From Escherichia phage dune, in the sequence record MN850636.1: a stretch of DNA of 64,000 nt; one strand, written 5' to 3'. The number at the start of each line of letters is the position of its first letter. The first letter of the stretch is position 1. A model generated the notes under the pieces. It had not been told where the DNA came from. It searched no databases and was given only the letters and a program-made list of their open reading frames with translations. The position numbers were made by a program, and so were the translations under genes. Positions 18,698 through 28,282 of the stretch are shown here, in pieces.

Positions 18698-19772
18698 AGA
18701 TGGCTCTTTTAACGTCTGGTCATGCGTTGCTGTAGGTAACAAAGTTATTACAACCTACGGTAAAGAAAATGGCAAGATGATGTTTGAAGAGTATACAGCA
18801 GAACCTAAAAACATCGGTAAAAAGAATGAGCGTAACGCTGAACAGCAAGCTCTCTTTGAAGTTGCTGCTAAGTACAAAAAGCAAGTTGACCGCAAAGGTT
18901 ATGCTTACACAAAAGAGTCTGCACAGAATACTGAAAAGGCAGGTGTACAGCTTGCTCATGATGCTGCAAAGGTTAGCCACGCAAAGTATTTGAAGTTCCC
19001 TGCTGATGCTCAACCAAAACTTGATGGTGTACGTTGCAGAATTTCAAGAGATGCTGATTCAGTTAGTTTCACGGCTTATTCTCGTGAGAATACTGTTTAC
19101 AACGTTCCAGCAGAACTAATCCCAGATTTGCTTTTGCTGCTTAAATTACACCCGCAAGTTGAAGACTTTGATGGCGAGATTTATGCTCATGGTTGGGACT
19201 TAGAAGATATTGTATCTATGATTAAGAATGCTGACAATCCAGACCGTCACCTTCTTAAATTCTACTGGTATGATATCTGTGACAATTCAAAATCTTGGCC
19301 TGAGCGTCGTGAAGTTATTGATAACTCACCTATTGTTGAGCTTGGGGATGCCTGTAGAGTTGTTCCTGTACAGACTATCCGTGTAAATTCTTGGGAAGAG
19401 TTTGATGAAGCTCATGATAAGTGGGTTGAAGCTAAGTTTGAAGGTGCAATGTACCGTTCAATCTCTGAAGACTCATTCTATGAGTGTTGTCACCGTTCAT
19501 ACTTCTTGATTAAGCACAAGAAGATGCACACTGAAGAGTTTAAAGTGACTGGTGTAAAGACTGATAAACGTGGTCATGGTAAGTTCGTTGTAGAGACTCT
19601 TCCTAACGTCTTTGTAGATGTCTCATGGAAGACTACTCATGAGAAGAAACAGTATCTTGCTGAGCATCCTGATGAGTTTATCGGGAAACCTTTAACGGTA
19701 CAGTTCCAGAAGATGACTCGTAAGGGGTCTTTGCAGTTCCCTGTTGGGCTAGTTATACGAGATTATGAATAA
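18672..19772 (+). CDS. ATP-dependent DNA ligase
   Basis: Adenylation motif I KLDGVRC; size typical of small phage ligases; ATG 18672 with GAGGT RBS. Confidence 0.82.
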   Translation: MTILYKQNKDGSFNVWSCVAVGNKVITTYGKENGKMMFEEYTAEPKNIGKKNERNAEQQALFEVAAKYKKQVDRKGYAYTKESAQNTEKAGVQLAHDAAKVSHAKYLKFPADAQPKLDGVRCRISRDADSVSFTAYSRENTVYNVPAELIPDLLLLLKLHPQVEDFDGEIYAHGWDLEDIVSMIKNADNPDRHLLKFYWYDICDNSKSWPERREVIDNSPIVELGDACRVVPVQTIRVNSWEEFDEAHDKWVEAKFEGAMYRSISEDSFYECCHRSYFLIKHKKMHTEEFKVTGVKTDKRGHGKFVVETLPNVFVDVSWKTTHEKKQYLAEHPDEFIGKPLTVQFQKMTRKGSLQFPVGLVIRDYE

Positions 19773-19778
19773 AAGTTG

Positions 19779-19806
19779 TTGACATAGAAAATTTGGTGAG
19801 TATACT
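19779..19806 (+). promoter_or_regulatory. Sigma70-like promoter (TTGACA-16 nt-TATACT)
   Basis: Consensus -35 at 19779-19784 and -10 at 19801-19806, immediately after ligase stop. Confidence 0.5.
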
Positions 19807-19836
19807 GAGCAGCATAAACCAACGGGTACTCACCAG

Positions 19837-19875
19837 CATCACTTAAGAGTCTTTTAAAAGGGTTTTTAAGTGATG
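19837..19875. repeat. 10-bp inverted repeat CATCACTTAA(N19)TTAAGTGATG (copy 1)
   Basis: Palindrome seen directly; near-identical copy at 21366-21404. Confidence 0.6.
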
Positions 19876-19882
19876 TGTAGCT

Positions 19883-19956
19883 CGGTCAGGTATGGTGCGG
19901 TGGTGTAAGGTGGTGTCAGGTGTAGTATGGTGCTGTGATGTGAGGTATGGGTAGTT
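19883..19956 (+). repeat. GT-rich tract of short GGT-containing repeats (region A, tract 1)
   Basis: ggtatggtgcggtggtgtaaggtggtgtcaggtgtagtatggtg... Confidence 0.6.
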
Positions 19957-19982
19957 AGTCTCAGCTACATTAAAATGAGACT
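19957..19982 (+). repeat. Hairpin family member: AGTCTCA-gctacattaaaa-TGAGACT
   Basis: 7-bp stem; loop shared with 21339-21366 copy whose stem differs by compensatory changes. Confidence 0.65.
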
Positions 19983-20019
19983 CACCTTTTTAAAAGGCCT
20001 TTTAAGAGGGTCTTTTAAT

Positions 20020-20079
20020 GAGGTGGGGTGGTGTAAGGTGGTGTAAGGTCTGGTTCGGTGTGTCGCGGTAAGGGTGGAT
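20020..20079 (+). repeat. GT-rich tract (region A, tract 2)
   Basis: ggggtggtgtaaggtggtgtaaggtctggttcggtgtgtcgcggtaagggtgg. Confidence 0.6.
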
Positions 20080-20105
20080 GGTAGTAGCCACGTTAAAAAT
20101 CTACC
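20080..20105 (+). repeat. Hairpin family member: GGTAG-tagccacgttaaaaat-CTACC
   Basis: 5-bp stem with related loop. Confidence 0.5.
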
Positions 20106-20163
20106 AAGTTTCTAAAGAGTCTTCTGTTGAGGGTTCTTTACAAACAACTTAACAATCAACTAA

Positions 20164-20769
<606 letters not shown>

Positions 20770-20771
20770 TT

Positions 20772-21212
20772 ATGAATACAAAAGCATTAGCAGCAAAGTT
20801 CAGTTACGGTGACACTGTATCACATTCTGAGATGGACACCTTCTTAGGTATTGTGAAGCCAACTTATCAAGGTGACATTGTTAAGTACGAAGATGAAATG
20901 AAGGCTTACGCACTGACACGGTTAAATCGACTTGAGAAGTTTATTGAGAAGCTTCTTAAAGAAGAGAAGATTTATCTGGTTGCTTCAATGGGTGTTGGTT
21001 ATCGTGTGGTTGAACCTAAGCATCAAGCAACTATTGCAAAACGCAAAATGTCTGGTAAAATTGGTCGTGCTTTAAAGCAAGCCACTCAAGCGATTGAGAA
21101 TGTGAACACTATGGCGCTTAGCCATCAAGAACGTTCACGACTGATTGAACAGCAAAACCACTTAGCTGCTATGAAAGCTAACATTAATAAGCAACGTAGA
21201 AAACCTTTCTAA
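20772..21212 (+). CDS. Hypothetical protein (146 aa), second gene of repeat-flanked cassette
   Basis: ORF track. Confidence 0.55.
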   Translation: MNTKALAAKFSYGDTVSHSEMDTFLGIVKPTYQGDIVKYEDEMKAYALTRLNRLEKFIEKLLKEEKIYLVASMGVGYRVVEPKHQATIAKRKMSGKIGRALKQATQAIENVNTMALSHQERSRLIEQQNHLAAMKANINKQRRKPF

Positions 21213-21223
21213 GTTGACTAGGT

Positions 21224-21246
21224 AGCCTCTTCGGAGGCTCCTTTTT
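21224..21246 (+). terminator. Rho-independent terminator (AGCCTC-TTCG-GAGGCT + TTTTT)
   Basis: Perfect stem, tetraloop, T-run; same hairpin core as 4430-4447. Confidence 0.6.
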
Positions 21247-21259
21247 AAAAGGTCTTTAA

Positions 21260-21336
21260 ACAGGGTCTTTTAATGAGGTACGGCGCGGTTAGGTAAGGTC
21301 TGGTAGGGTAGGGTGAGGTTTGGTAAAGTGCGGGTA
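21260..21336 (+). repeat. GT-rich tract (region B, tract 1)
   Basis: ggttaggtaaggtctggtagggtagggtgaggtttggtaaagtgcgggtag. Confidence 0.6.
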
Positions 21337-21338
21337 GT

Positions 21339-21366
21339 TAATCGGAGCTACATTAAAATCCGATTA
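21339..21366 (+). repeat. Hairpin family member: TAATCGGA-gctacattaaaa-TCCGATTA
   Basis: 8-bp stem; loop identical to 19957-19982. Confidence 0.65.
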
Positions 21367-21404
21367 CATCACTTAAGAGTCTTCTAAGAGGGTTTTTAAG
21401 TGAT
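21366..21404. repeat. 10-bp inverted repeat CATCACTTAA(N19)TTAAGTGATG (copy 2)
   Basis: Palindrome seen directly. Confidence 0.6.
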
Positions 21405-21406
21405 GT

Positions 21407-21470
21407 TCGGTAGGGTCTGGTAGGGTAAGGTCTGGTCTGGTAGGGTCTGGTAGGGTGAGGTATGGGTAGT
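21407..21470 (+). repeat. GT-rich tract with tandem GGTCTGGTAGGGT units (region B, tract 2)
   Basis: tagggtctggtagggtaaggtctggtctggtagggtctggtagggtgaggtatgg. Confidence 0.65.
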
Positions 21471-21471
21471 T

Positions 21472-21497
21472 AGTCTCAGCCACATTAAAATGAGACT
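21472..21497 (+). repeat. Hairpin family member: AGTCTCA-gccacattaaaa-TGAGACT
   Basis: 7-bp stem, same stem as 19957 copy. Confidence 0.65.
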
Positions 21498-21539
21498 TAC
21501 CTTTTTAAAAGGTCTTTAAACAGGGTGTTTTAATAAGGT

Positions 21540-21599
21540 GCTGTATGGTGGGGTAAGGTAGGGTTAGGCGAGGTCAGGTGAGTTTTGGTATGGAAGGAT
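21540..21599 (+). repeat. GT-rich tract (region B, tract 3)
   Basis: gctgtatggtggggtaaggtagggttaggcgaggtcaggtgagttttggtatgg. Confidence 0.55.
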
Positions 21600-21625
21600 G
21601 GCAGTAACCTTATAAAAAATCTGCC
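21600..21625 (+). repeat. Hairpin family member: GGCAG-taaccttataaaaaat-CTGCC
   Basis: 5-bp stem with A-rich loop. Confidence 0.45.
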
Positions 21626-21644
21626 AAATAAGCTATAAAGTCTG

Positions 21645-21673
21645 TTGACAAGTCAGGTGTTATAGCTTATTTT
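21645..21673 (+). promoter_or_regulatory. Possible sigma70-like promoter (TTGACA-17 nt-TATTTT)
   Basis: Consensus -35; weak -10 at correct spacing; precedes ORF 21718. Confidence 0.35.
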
Positions 21674-21717
21674 TATACTCAACGTAATACAAAATTTAAT
21701 ATAACTTTGAGGTCATT

Positions 21718-22101
21718 ATGAAAAAGATTTTATTAGCTGCTGCAATGGTTATGACAATGAATTTACCAGTCAATGCAACAGAACTTCCAAATGTGGACTT
21801 GTCAGGTGTTCCAGAAGATACTTGCCAGATTGTAAAAGGTGTTGCTCTGGCTAATGGTGAGCTACTTAAACCAATCTCTGAAGAGTCTTTGACAGAGATG
21901 ACTGATAAGGTAACTGACTACCAATATCGTGTTCTTGCAGAGTATTTCCTGCAATCTGCAAATATTAAAGAGAAGCACCATGACGATATTGATGTACAGG
22001 CTATGCTTAACCATCGTATCCAGTTTAAAGAAGATTTGATGCAAAAAGCTATGTACGGTGTTGAGTATTTCTTAGAAAACAGAAGCTGCACAGGTATTTG
22101 A
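21718..22101 (+). CDS. Predicted secreted/periplasmic protein (127 aa)
   Basis: N-terminal signal-peptide-like MKKILLAAAMVMTMNLPVNA. Confidence 0.5.
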   Translation: MKKILLAAAMVMTMNLPVNATELPNVDLSGVPEDTCQIVKGVALANGELLKPISEESLTEMTDKVTDYQYRVLAEYFLQSANIKEKHHDDIDVQAMLNHRIQFKEDLMQKAMYGVEYFLENRSCTGI

Positions 22102-22102
22102 T

Positions 22103-22315
22103 ATGGCTCTTAAAAAGTTACATCCCAGAAGCGGTTATGGTAAGATAATTGACGATACAGACGGCTTTACAGTCTTTACAGTTATCTGTCAAGATGATTC
22201 ACAGATTGAAAAGGCTCTTGATGATTATCTTAACGATGAACGTGAAAAGGTCAGAGCTACAAACATAGACTCATTAATTGATACTTCACGTAAACGGAAG
22301 AAGAAAGATGAATGA
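22103..22315 (+). CDS. Hypothetical protein (70 aa)
   Basis: ORF track. Confidence 0.45.
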   Translation: MALKKLHPRSGYGKIIDDTDGFTVFTVICQDDSQIEKALDDYLNDEREKVRATNIDSLIDTSRKRKKKDE

Positions 22316-22607
22316 GGTTTTTGACCCTTATGCCCCACAAGATGATTGGGAGGCTGATAGAGAGGCTGAAATGGAGAGTTATATTTGTCCAATGGATGTA
22401 GACGAAATGAGAGACTTCGTTGCACATCGTTTTAAGAGAGAGATTAAATCCAGAGGTCTTTCTCAAGAGCAAGTTGCTAAAATTTGTGGTATCTCTCAGG
22501 CTCGTGTATCCAACATAATCCACCTCACTGGGAATGTTTCCCTTGAGTATATGTTGGAAGTATGTGAAAAATTTGGTGTTAATTTTAATTTAAGGTTGGC
22601 AGATTAA
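22308..22607 (+). CDS. Putative helix-turn-helix DNA-binding protein
   Basis: RGLSQEQVAKICGISQARVSNIIH resembles XRE-type HTH; ATG 22308. Confidence 0.5.
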   Translation: MNEVFDPYAPQDDWEADREAEMESYICPMDVDEMRDFVAHRFKREIKSRGLSQEQVAKICGISQARVSNIIHLTGNVSLEYMLEVCEKFGVNFNLRLAD

Positions 22608-22608
22608 T

Positions 22609-22968
22609 ATGAAACGTGAAAACATTATCCACTCTGAAAACTTCGCATTAGGTTTTTATGGTGTACCTACTCACCTTGAAAAGTATTATGGTGTAAAAAT
22701 TCTTTCCAATCTCATTATGGCTTACAAAGATGGTAAGATTAAGCATACTGAGAAGAAACGTGTCATGGGCTATATGGCTGTAGGTTCAGCAATCTCGAAC
22801 ATTAAGCTGGAAACAACTAGCAGTCAGATTGTGAAAGACCACTTCATCAAAGAGCTTTACCAGAATCTTGATGGTGTAAATGTTCAGGCTGTTTGGCTGG
22901 ATGTTGACGGTCATAACTACACGAGTTTTGTTTTCAAAAACGATGACATTAAGTGTCTGTTCCCATAA
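22609..22968 (+). CDS. Hypothetical protein (119 aa)
   Basis: ORF track. Confidence 0.5.
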   Translation: MKRENIIHSENFALGFYGVPTHLEKYYGVKILSNLIMAYKDGKIKHTEKKRVMGYMAVGSAISNIKLETTSSQIVKDHFIKELYQNLDGVNVQAVWLDVDGHNYTSFVFKNDDIKCLFP

Positions 22969-22981
22969 TAGGTGATTAACT

Positions 22982-23497
22982 ATGATTGATGTCTACTTAC
23001 AAGATGCTCATGCAGATTTCCTTAAAGAGATGCTTAAAAAGTTTATGGCTTCACAGTATGAGAATGAAGCATCTTTTAAAATAGTTACATGTGGCGACGA
23101 AGCTGGTTTTGTTGAGATTGAACATGAAGGTACTGGAAAGACTGTTTGTAAGCTACCTGATAGTATGTTCTCTAGTGCATTCTTAACAAAGACTAGTATA
23201 AATGTTAAGCTTGTACCGCAGATTGAAACATACTCTGGTACAGATTATCCTAAAGGTTTTAAGTCATTGATGAAGTACTTCTTAGATGACTTTGTAGGTA
23301 ATCTTCTGAGGGAGGTAAAAGAAAGTCGTACAGTGTTAACTGTAGAGAACATGGGAGGAACTATCAAGGTCACTTCTGACTGTTTTGTTATGAGCCTCTT
23401 CGACTTCGTTCCTAAGAACTTTGATGGTATTCTGGATGAAGAAGATGACTGTGTAGACTTTATATTGGTTCTTGAGCCAGTTTTTGAGGTTAAATAA
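22982..23497 (+). CDS. Hypothetical protein (171 aa)
   Basis: ORF track. Confidence 0.5.
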   Translation: MIDVYLQDAHADFLKEMLKKFMASQYENEASFKIVTCGDEAGFVEIEHEGTGKTVCKLPDSMFSSAFLTKTSINVKLVPQIETYSGTDYPKGFKSLMKYFLDDFVGNLLREVKESRTVLTVENMGGTIKVTSDCFVMSLFDFVPKNFDGILDEEDDCVDFILVLEPVFEVK

Positions 23498-23758
23498 ATG
23501 AAAATTGAACACTGCTATGAGTCTGATGGAACACCTATCCGATGTCCACATTGTGGGTGTACAGACTTACAAGGTGAAGTAAGTGAAATAGTCAACGGTC
23601 ATATTGCTGAAGAAAGTACCCGATGCACAGGGTGTAATGAAATTATCGCTTTCTGGGCTTATGGTTCATACCAACCCTCTCCACATTTTATCTACCATCG
23701 TAGTAAAGTTGTGAAGAGTGTCATCAACTGGTTCATTAAGAGAGGGTTTACAAAATGA
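23498..23758 (+). CDS. Putative zinc-ribbon protein (86 aa)
   Basis: CPHCGC ... CTGCNE. Confidence 0.45.
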   Translation: MKIEHCYESDGTPIRCPHCGCTDLQGEVSEIVNGHIAEESTRCTGCNEIIAFWAYGSYQPSPHFIYHRSKVVKSVINWFIKRGFTK

Positions 23759-24300
23759 TTAAGCTAATATTTGCAAGTGGTGAAAACGGTGAATTTGGTA
23801 CTCCAACTGGTATGCCGTGGCCTCGACATAAACAGGACATGCAAGAGTTTAAGAGACTCACTAAAAATAACTTAGTAGTCATGGGTAATGAGACTTTTAA
23901 GACTCTGGGTAGTAAACCTTTACCAGAACGTGCAAACCTCATCTTAACAAATTCTGTACCATACTTAGGCATAGACTTTGGCAAAGATGATGTAATGTAT
24001 GCTAAAGCCAGTAAAGAGTCATTTGGAGCATTTTTGAAGTATCTTGATAGCTCTATTGATGAAGATGTCTTTGTAATTGGTGGTGCAGGTATCCTTGTCA
24101 ATGCTTTACCGTATGCTAGTGTGGTGTTCCATACTGTTTTCCATAAAGTTACTGAAGAGGCCACTGTGCATTTACCTTTTGAAAACTTCTTTGAGAAGCT
24201 GTATGATAACCGTGTGTTTACAAAGGTACAGTCAAAACCATCAGAGGATGGTAAAGCAACTTTTGAAATTTATGTTCCACAAGTAAAAGGACACTTTTGA
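23755..24300 (+). CDS. frd: Dihydrofolate reductase
   Basis: IFASGENGEFGTPTGMPWP ... VVMGNETFKTL matches the DHFR N-terminal signature; directly upstream of the thymidylate synthase homolog. Confidence 0.78.
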   Translation: MIKLIFASGENGEFGTPTGMPWPRHKQDMQEFKRLTKNNLVVMGNETFKTLGSKPLPERANLILTNSVPYLGIDFGKDDVMYAKASKESFGAFLKYLDSSIDEDVFVIGGAGILVNALPYASVVFHTVFHKVTEEATVHLPFENFFEKLYDNRVFTKVQSKPSEDGKATFEIYVPQVKGHF

Positions 24301-24301
24301 T

Positions 24302-25201
24302 ATGTCACAAGCAGATACAAGTTACAAAAATATCCTGAACCATGTTTTATCAGTCGGTGAACTGCGTACTACACGAACTGGAGATGTTATCTCTGCATTT
24401 GCTCCACCTAAGTTTCGTTTTGATATGCGAACTGGTTTCCCGCTCTTAACATCTAAACAGGTGTTTACACGGCAAGTTATTGGGGAAGCTTTATGGTTCC
24501 TGAATGGCGAGAATAAACTTGGTGAACTCCGTTACCGTACTTGGGGTGAAAATGATGGAGAACGCTGGACTATCTGGTCAGATGATTTTAAACGCTGGTT
24601 AAGTTCTAACTATTCTTCTGAACAAGACTGGTTAGAAGATGCAGGCGGGAGAATCTACGGGGTTCAGTGGAGAAACTTTGAAGGTCATAACGGTTGTGTT
24701 GTAGACCAGCTAGAGACCTTAGTAACGAAGATGAAGGGTGATATCACAGACCGTTACATGCTTGTGAATGCTTGGAATGCAGCAGATATTGCAGCAAACT
24801 CAATGGCTCTAGCACCTTGCCATGTTCTGTTTCAGATTTATATTACTAACGAGGGTGAAGTTGACTTACAGTGGTATCAGCGTTCAGTAGACACCTTTTT
24901 AGGACTTCCGTTTAATATTGCATCTTATGGTTTTATTCTGGAAGTTCTTTGTAAGATGACTGGATACACTCCACGGTACTTGATAGGTGTCTTTGGAGAT
25001 ACTCAGATTTATCAGAATCATATGAAGCAGGTTTATGAACTGATGAACAATGAAGAGTTCCATGCACCAACTTTTGAGATTGGTCTACAACTTAATACTT
25101 TAAGTGACCTGAAACATCTTACTGCAAGTGACTTTATCGGTGGAATTAGTAACTACCAACATGCAGGAAAGATTGAAGCACCTTTGTCAGTAGGTAAGTA
25201 G
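24302..25201 (+). CDS. Thymidylate synthase family protein (ThyA/Td; hydroxymethylase alternative not excluded)
   Basis: Catalytic-Cys region LAPCHVLFQIY and YQRSVDTFLGLPFNIASYGF match the ThyA signature from memory. Confidence 0.8.
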   Translation: MSQADTSYKNILNHVLSVGELRTTRTGDVISAFAPPKFRFDMRTGFPLLTSKQVFTRQVIGEALWFLNGENKLGELRYRTWGENDGERWTIWSDDFKRWLSSNYSSEQDWLEDAGGRIYGVQWRNFEGHNGCVVDQLETLVTKMKGDITDRYMLVNAWNAADIAANSMALAPCHVLFQIYITNEGEVDLQWYQRSVDTFLGLPFNIASYGFILEVLCKMTGYTPRYLIGVFGDTQIYQNHMKQVYELMNNEEFHAPTFEIGLQLNTLSDLKHLTASDFIGGISNYQHAGKIEAPLSVGK

Positions 25202-25204
25202 AAA

Positions 25205-25245
25205 CAAAAAAGGCTCCCGTAAAAAGGAGCCTTAAAATTTTATTT
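25205..25245. terminator. Bidirectional rho-independent terminator (GGCTCC-loop-GGAGCC flanked by A-run and T-run)
   Basis: Between convergent genes thyA-like (+) and 25240-25611 (-). Confidence 0.55.
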
Positions 25246-25611
25246 TTCAGTATTCTTTGTGTTCTTTTCAGTAATAGCTTGGAGGGCTGATACTGATTGA
25301 GCCAGATTGTTAACACTATCAGAGAATTTATCAAGAGTCTTAGTAAGCTTTGCATTCTCTCCCTTAACATTCTCTAACTGGACTTTCTGGTTCTCCATCC
25401 CTAGCTGAAGCAGCCTCATATCAGACTGTAAATCACGAATAGCTGAATAATTACTTTTGGAATAATTATCTAGCTGCTGTAACTTTGTTGTAATAGACAC
25501 TTCTTGCTTACCATCCGAGACTTGCATGGTGGTATACATCCCAATAACACTAAAAATACCAACTACAATTGCACCAATATTGTTTTTAAAAGCTTCCTCT
25601 AGCCACTTCAT
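25240..25611 (-). CDS. Membrane-anchored coiled-coil protein (123 aa); possible tail-associated or lysis-associated protein
   Basis: N-terminal TM helix IGAIVVGIFSVIGMY followed by heptad-rich region. Confidence 0.45.
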   Translation of the reverse strand: MKWLEEAFKNNIGAIVVGIFSVIGMYTTMQVSDGKQEVSITTKLQQLDNYSKSNYSAIRDLQSDMRLLQLGMENQKVQLENVKGENAKLTKTLDKFSDSVNNLAQSVSALQAITEKNTKNTEK

Positions 25612-25805
25612 TTATTCTCCCCCTTAAAAGCTTTTTCTAAGTTATCTACGAACTCATCATCAATAGGTGTGTCTGTTTTACTCGCAAGATATCTTGCAAG
25701 CTTAAAGAACACTTTCTCAATCATGTATTCACTTAGAAGGGATAAAATGAGTTTCCAGAAGAAGCTACCTAGATTTTTTAGAAGAATTGCTAGGATTGTA
25801 GGCAT
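25608..25805 (-). CDS. Small hypothetical protein (65 aa)
   Basis: ORF track; hydrophobic N-terminus. Confidence 0.4.
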   Translation of the reverse strand: MPTILAILLKNLGSFFWKLILSLLSEYMIEKVFFKLARYLASKTDTPIDDEFVDNLEKAFKGENK

Positions 25806-25884
25806 TTAATCACCTCATCAGCCAAGATGGTGAGAATACCCATAAAGAATATTAACACCATCTTAACAATCAGTCAACAAGGGA

Positions 25885-28236
25885 TTAAGCAGTTCTTACC
25901 CAAGCCATTAACTTGTAGAACTGGTTAGTAACACTAAATGCTGAACCAGAACCTGTACCACCAGTGTTACCACTAACTGTATGGCTGTGAGCACCAATAC
26001 CAACACTGTGAGCATGGTTACCAGCAGAAGCAGCAGTACCACTTACAGAGTGGGTGTGGTCACCACCCCCATCAGTGTAACCCGGACCTGTACCGATTCT
26101 ACCACCACCACCACCAGAATAGTGTGTAGAGTTCTGACCAATCCACGAGATAGCGTGGTTGTGGTGACCAGCAGATGAAGTAGAGCCACTTACAGAGTGA
26201 GTGTGAGCACCAGTCGTGTTAGTGTTTTTTGTTCCGTAGTCAAAAGATGAAGTGGTAGCAGAAAAACTGTGAGTGTGTGAAGGCAAGTTCCCAACAGCTA
26301 ACGTCACAGAGTCTGAACCACCAGTTGTAGCAACATCTGAACCATTTGCTGCTGCAATTCTGATAGTTCTACCAACACCATTGTTAAGGTACGTCCAAGT
26401 TAGACCAGGCAGTGCTGTATTAGGGTTAACATTACTGTTAAACCACGTTACAATACCTACTGGGTAGATTTTATTAAGGTCTGTAGAGTCACTTACTGCC
26501 TGTGCAATCTTCTGGTCAGTTTCTGCTTTAGTGTATGCACCAAGCTCTGAAGGGGTTGGCTTCTGTGCTTCTGTGTAAATCTTAGACCACTTAGCTTCAA
26601 AGCCTTTACTATCTACAGATGTTCTGTACCACATCCCACCGTTCTTATACTGGAACTTTAATTGCGCACAGGCAGTAGAAGAGTTAACCCCCTGATACAT
26701 TTGAAACACAAGTGCTGTGTAATCAGCATTTGTTGAGGTTACATTATATAAGCCTGTTTTAGCGTTCCATGCCACACCATCTGCATTCTGCTCTGTAGCT
26801 TGTCCTGTAGAACCTGCAACCATGAATCTCTGATTAGCTGCTGACTGAGTGAAGTATCTAGCATCTAAGTTAGACCAATCAGAAGGTTTTACCTGTCCAG
26901 TAATCTGTAGAGATTTAGACAGAAGAACTTCGTCAGCTAAATCGAGTCTTGCACCAGTCAAGTAGTTATGGAATGATGCCGTACCAGAACCATTAGTACC
27001 ACAACCGATAAACCACTTATTTGTGTTATCAGTATTCTTACCAACAATGTAAGAAGAATTATTCTGAGCCTTGCTGTAGATTCTTAATGCTTCACCATCA
27101 GATTGAATATTCTGCTGTAAAGTGAATGTGTTAGCTTCATTCTTCTTAGCAAGATTTGCGTATGAACCGATAAGAACATAACGAGAGTCAATGTTAGTCC
27201 AATCAGAAGGTTGAACTTGACCAGTTACAGTTAGTGTTTTATTGATATTAACACTTGTTCCTACAGTAATCTTGCCACTAGTTTTGTAGTTTTCTAGAGC
27301 TACGTTATCACCTTCGTTACTATTACCAATGTACCATCTTTTGACACCTGCGCTATCAATCGCTTTAATGTACAATGGTTGTGCAGCATTGGCATTCTGT
27401 AGCCTAATTGCTTCACCATCTTTTTTGAAAACACTCAGTTTGTTGAATGTGTTAGAGCCACTAAAAGTATTATCCGCAGCTAGCTGCGCAAACCTCTGAT
27501 TAGCAACTGTCTGAGTGAAGTATCTAGCATCTAAGTTAGACCAATCAGATGGTTGAACTTGACCAGTGATTTGAAAAGTTCTGTTGACTGACACCAAATT
27601 TTCAAGAATACCAATTGAAACACCAGTCTTTACATTCGACAATACAAGAGCATTTGAGTCTCTGTTATCATTGCCAAAATACCATCTACTAGTTCCATCT
27701 GCATCTCGACCACGAATACCTAGTGGCATACCCTGTGTGTTATTCTTAACAATAAGTGCTTCATTATCAGATAGGATGGTTTGAGTACCTCTAAAGGTGT
27801 TATTTACAGCCAGTCTTGCATATCTTGCATCATTCTCTTCATTAGTTCTCATCCCAAGTTCATTAGGACTTGGCTTATTCAGGGTATGATAAACGGTTGC
27901 AGACCTTGAAGCATCTGCAATAGTTAGTCTAAGGCCGTTTGCGTTGATTTTAAAAGTCTTTAAAACATCCCCCATAGTAATCTCAGAAGAACCTGTAGGG
28001 TCAAATACTGCCTTACCACCATAAAGTAGCTTGACAATTCCTAAGTCACCCGTCATAGTGCTACCAGCAATCTGAACAAATCTTTCTAGTTTAAAAGATG
28101 CTAAGAAGTCTTGATAGGTCATTCGACGGTCTTCATCACCCAGCATTTCAGGTCTCTTTTTAACCCTGACATGAAGAAGGTCGTCTGAACGAATTGTATC
28201 AATTGAGTTTAATTCACTCAACTTGTAATCTGCCAT
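25885..28236 (-). CDS. Long tail fiber protein with three internal ~110-aa repeats and His-rich HxH C-terminal tip
   Basis: 783 aa; repeated QITGQVQPSDWSNLDARYFTQ module x3; C-terminus HTHSVSG...HNHAIS...HSHTVSG; ends ...AWVRTA like neighbouring fiber. Confidence 0.75.
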   Translation of the reverse strand: MADYKLSELNSIDTIRSDDLLHVRVKKRPEMLGDEDRRMTYQDFLASFKLERFVQIAGSTMTGDLGIVKLLYGGKAVFDPTGSSEITMGDVLKTFKINANGLRLTIADASRSATVYHTLNKPSPNELGMRTNEENDARYARLAVNNTFRGTQTILSDNEALIVKNNTQGMPLGIRGRDADGTSRWYFGNDNRDSNALVLSNVKTGVSIGILENLVSVNRTFQITGQVQPSDWSNLDARYFTQTVANQRFAQLAADNTFSGSNTFNKLSVFKKDGEAIRLQNANAAQPLYIKAIDSAGVKRWYIGNSNEGDNVALENYKTSGKITVGTSVNINKTLTVTGQVQPSDWTNIDSRYVLIGSYANLAKKNEANTFTLQQNIQSDGEALRIYSKAQNNSSYIVGKNTDNTNKWFIGCGTNGSGTASFHNYLTGARLDLADEVLLSKSLQITGQVKPSDWSNLDARYFTQSAANQRFMVAGSTGQATEQNADGVAWNAKTGLYNVTSTNADYTALVFQMYQGVNSSTACAQLKFQYKNGGMWYRTSVDSKGFEAKWSKIYTEAQKPTPSELGAYTKAETDQKIAQAVSDSTDLNKIYPVGIVTWFNSNVNPNTALPGLTWTYLNNGVGRTIRIAAANGSDVATTGGSDSVTLAVGNLPSHTHSFSATTSSFDYGTKNTNTTGAHTHSVSGSTSSAGHHNHAISWIGQNSTHYSGGGGGRIGTGPGYTDGGGDHTHSVSGTAASAGNHAHSVGIGAHSHTVSGNTGGTGSGSAFSVTNQFYKLMAWVRTA

Positions 28237-28282
28237 TATAAATTTTCCTCTTAAAAGGGGCTATACAGCCCCTGTAAAGAAA

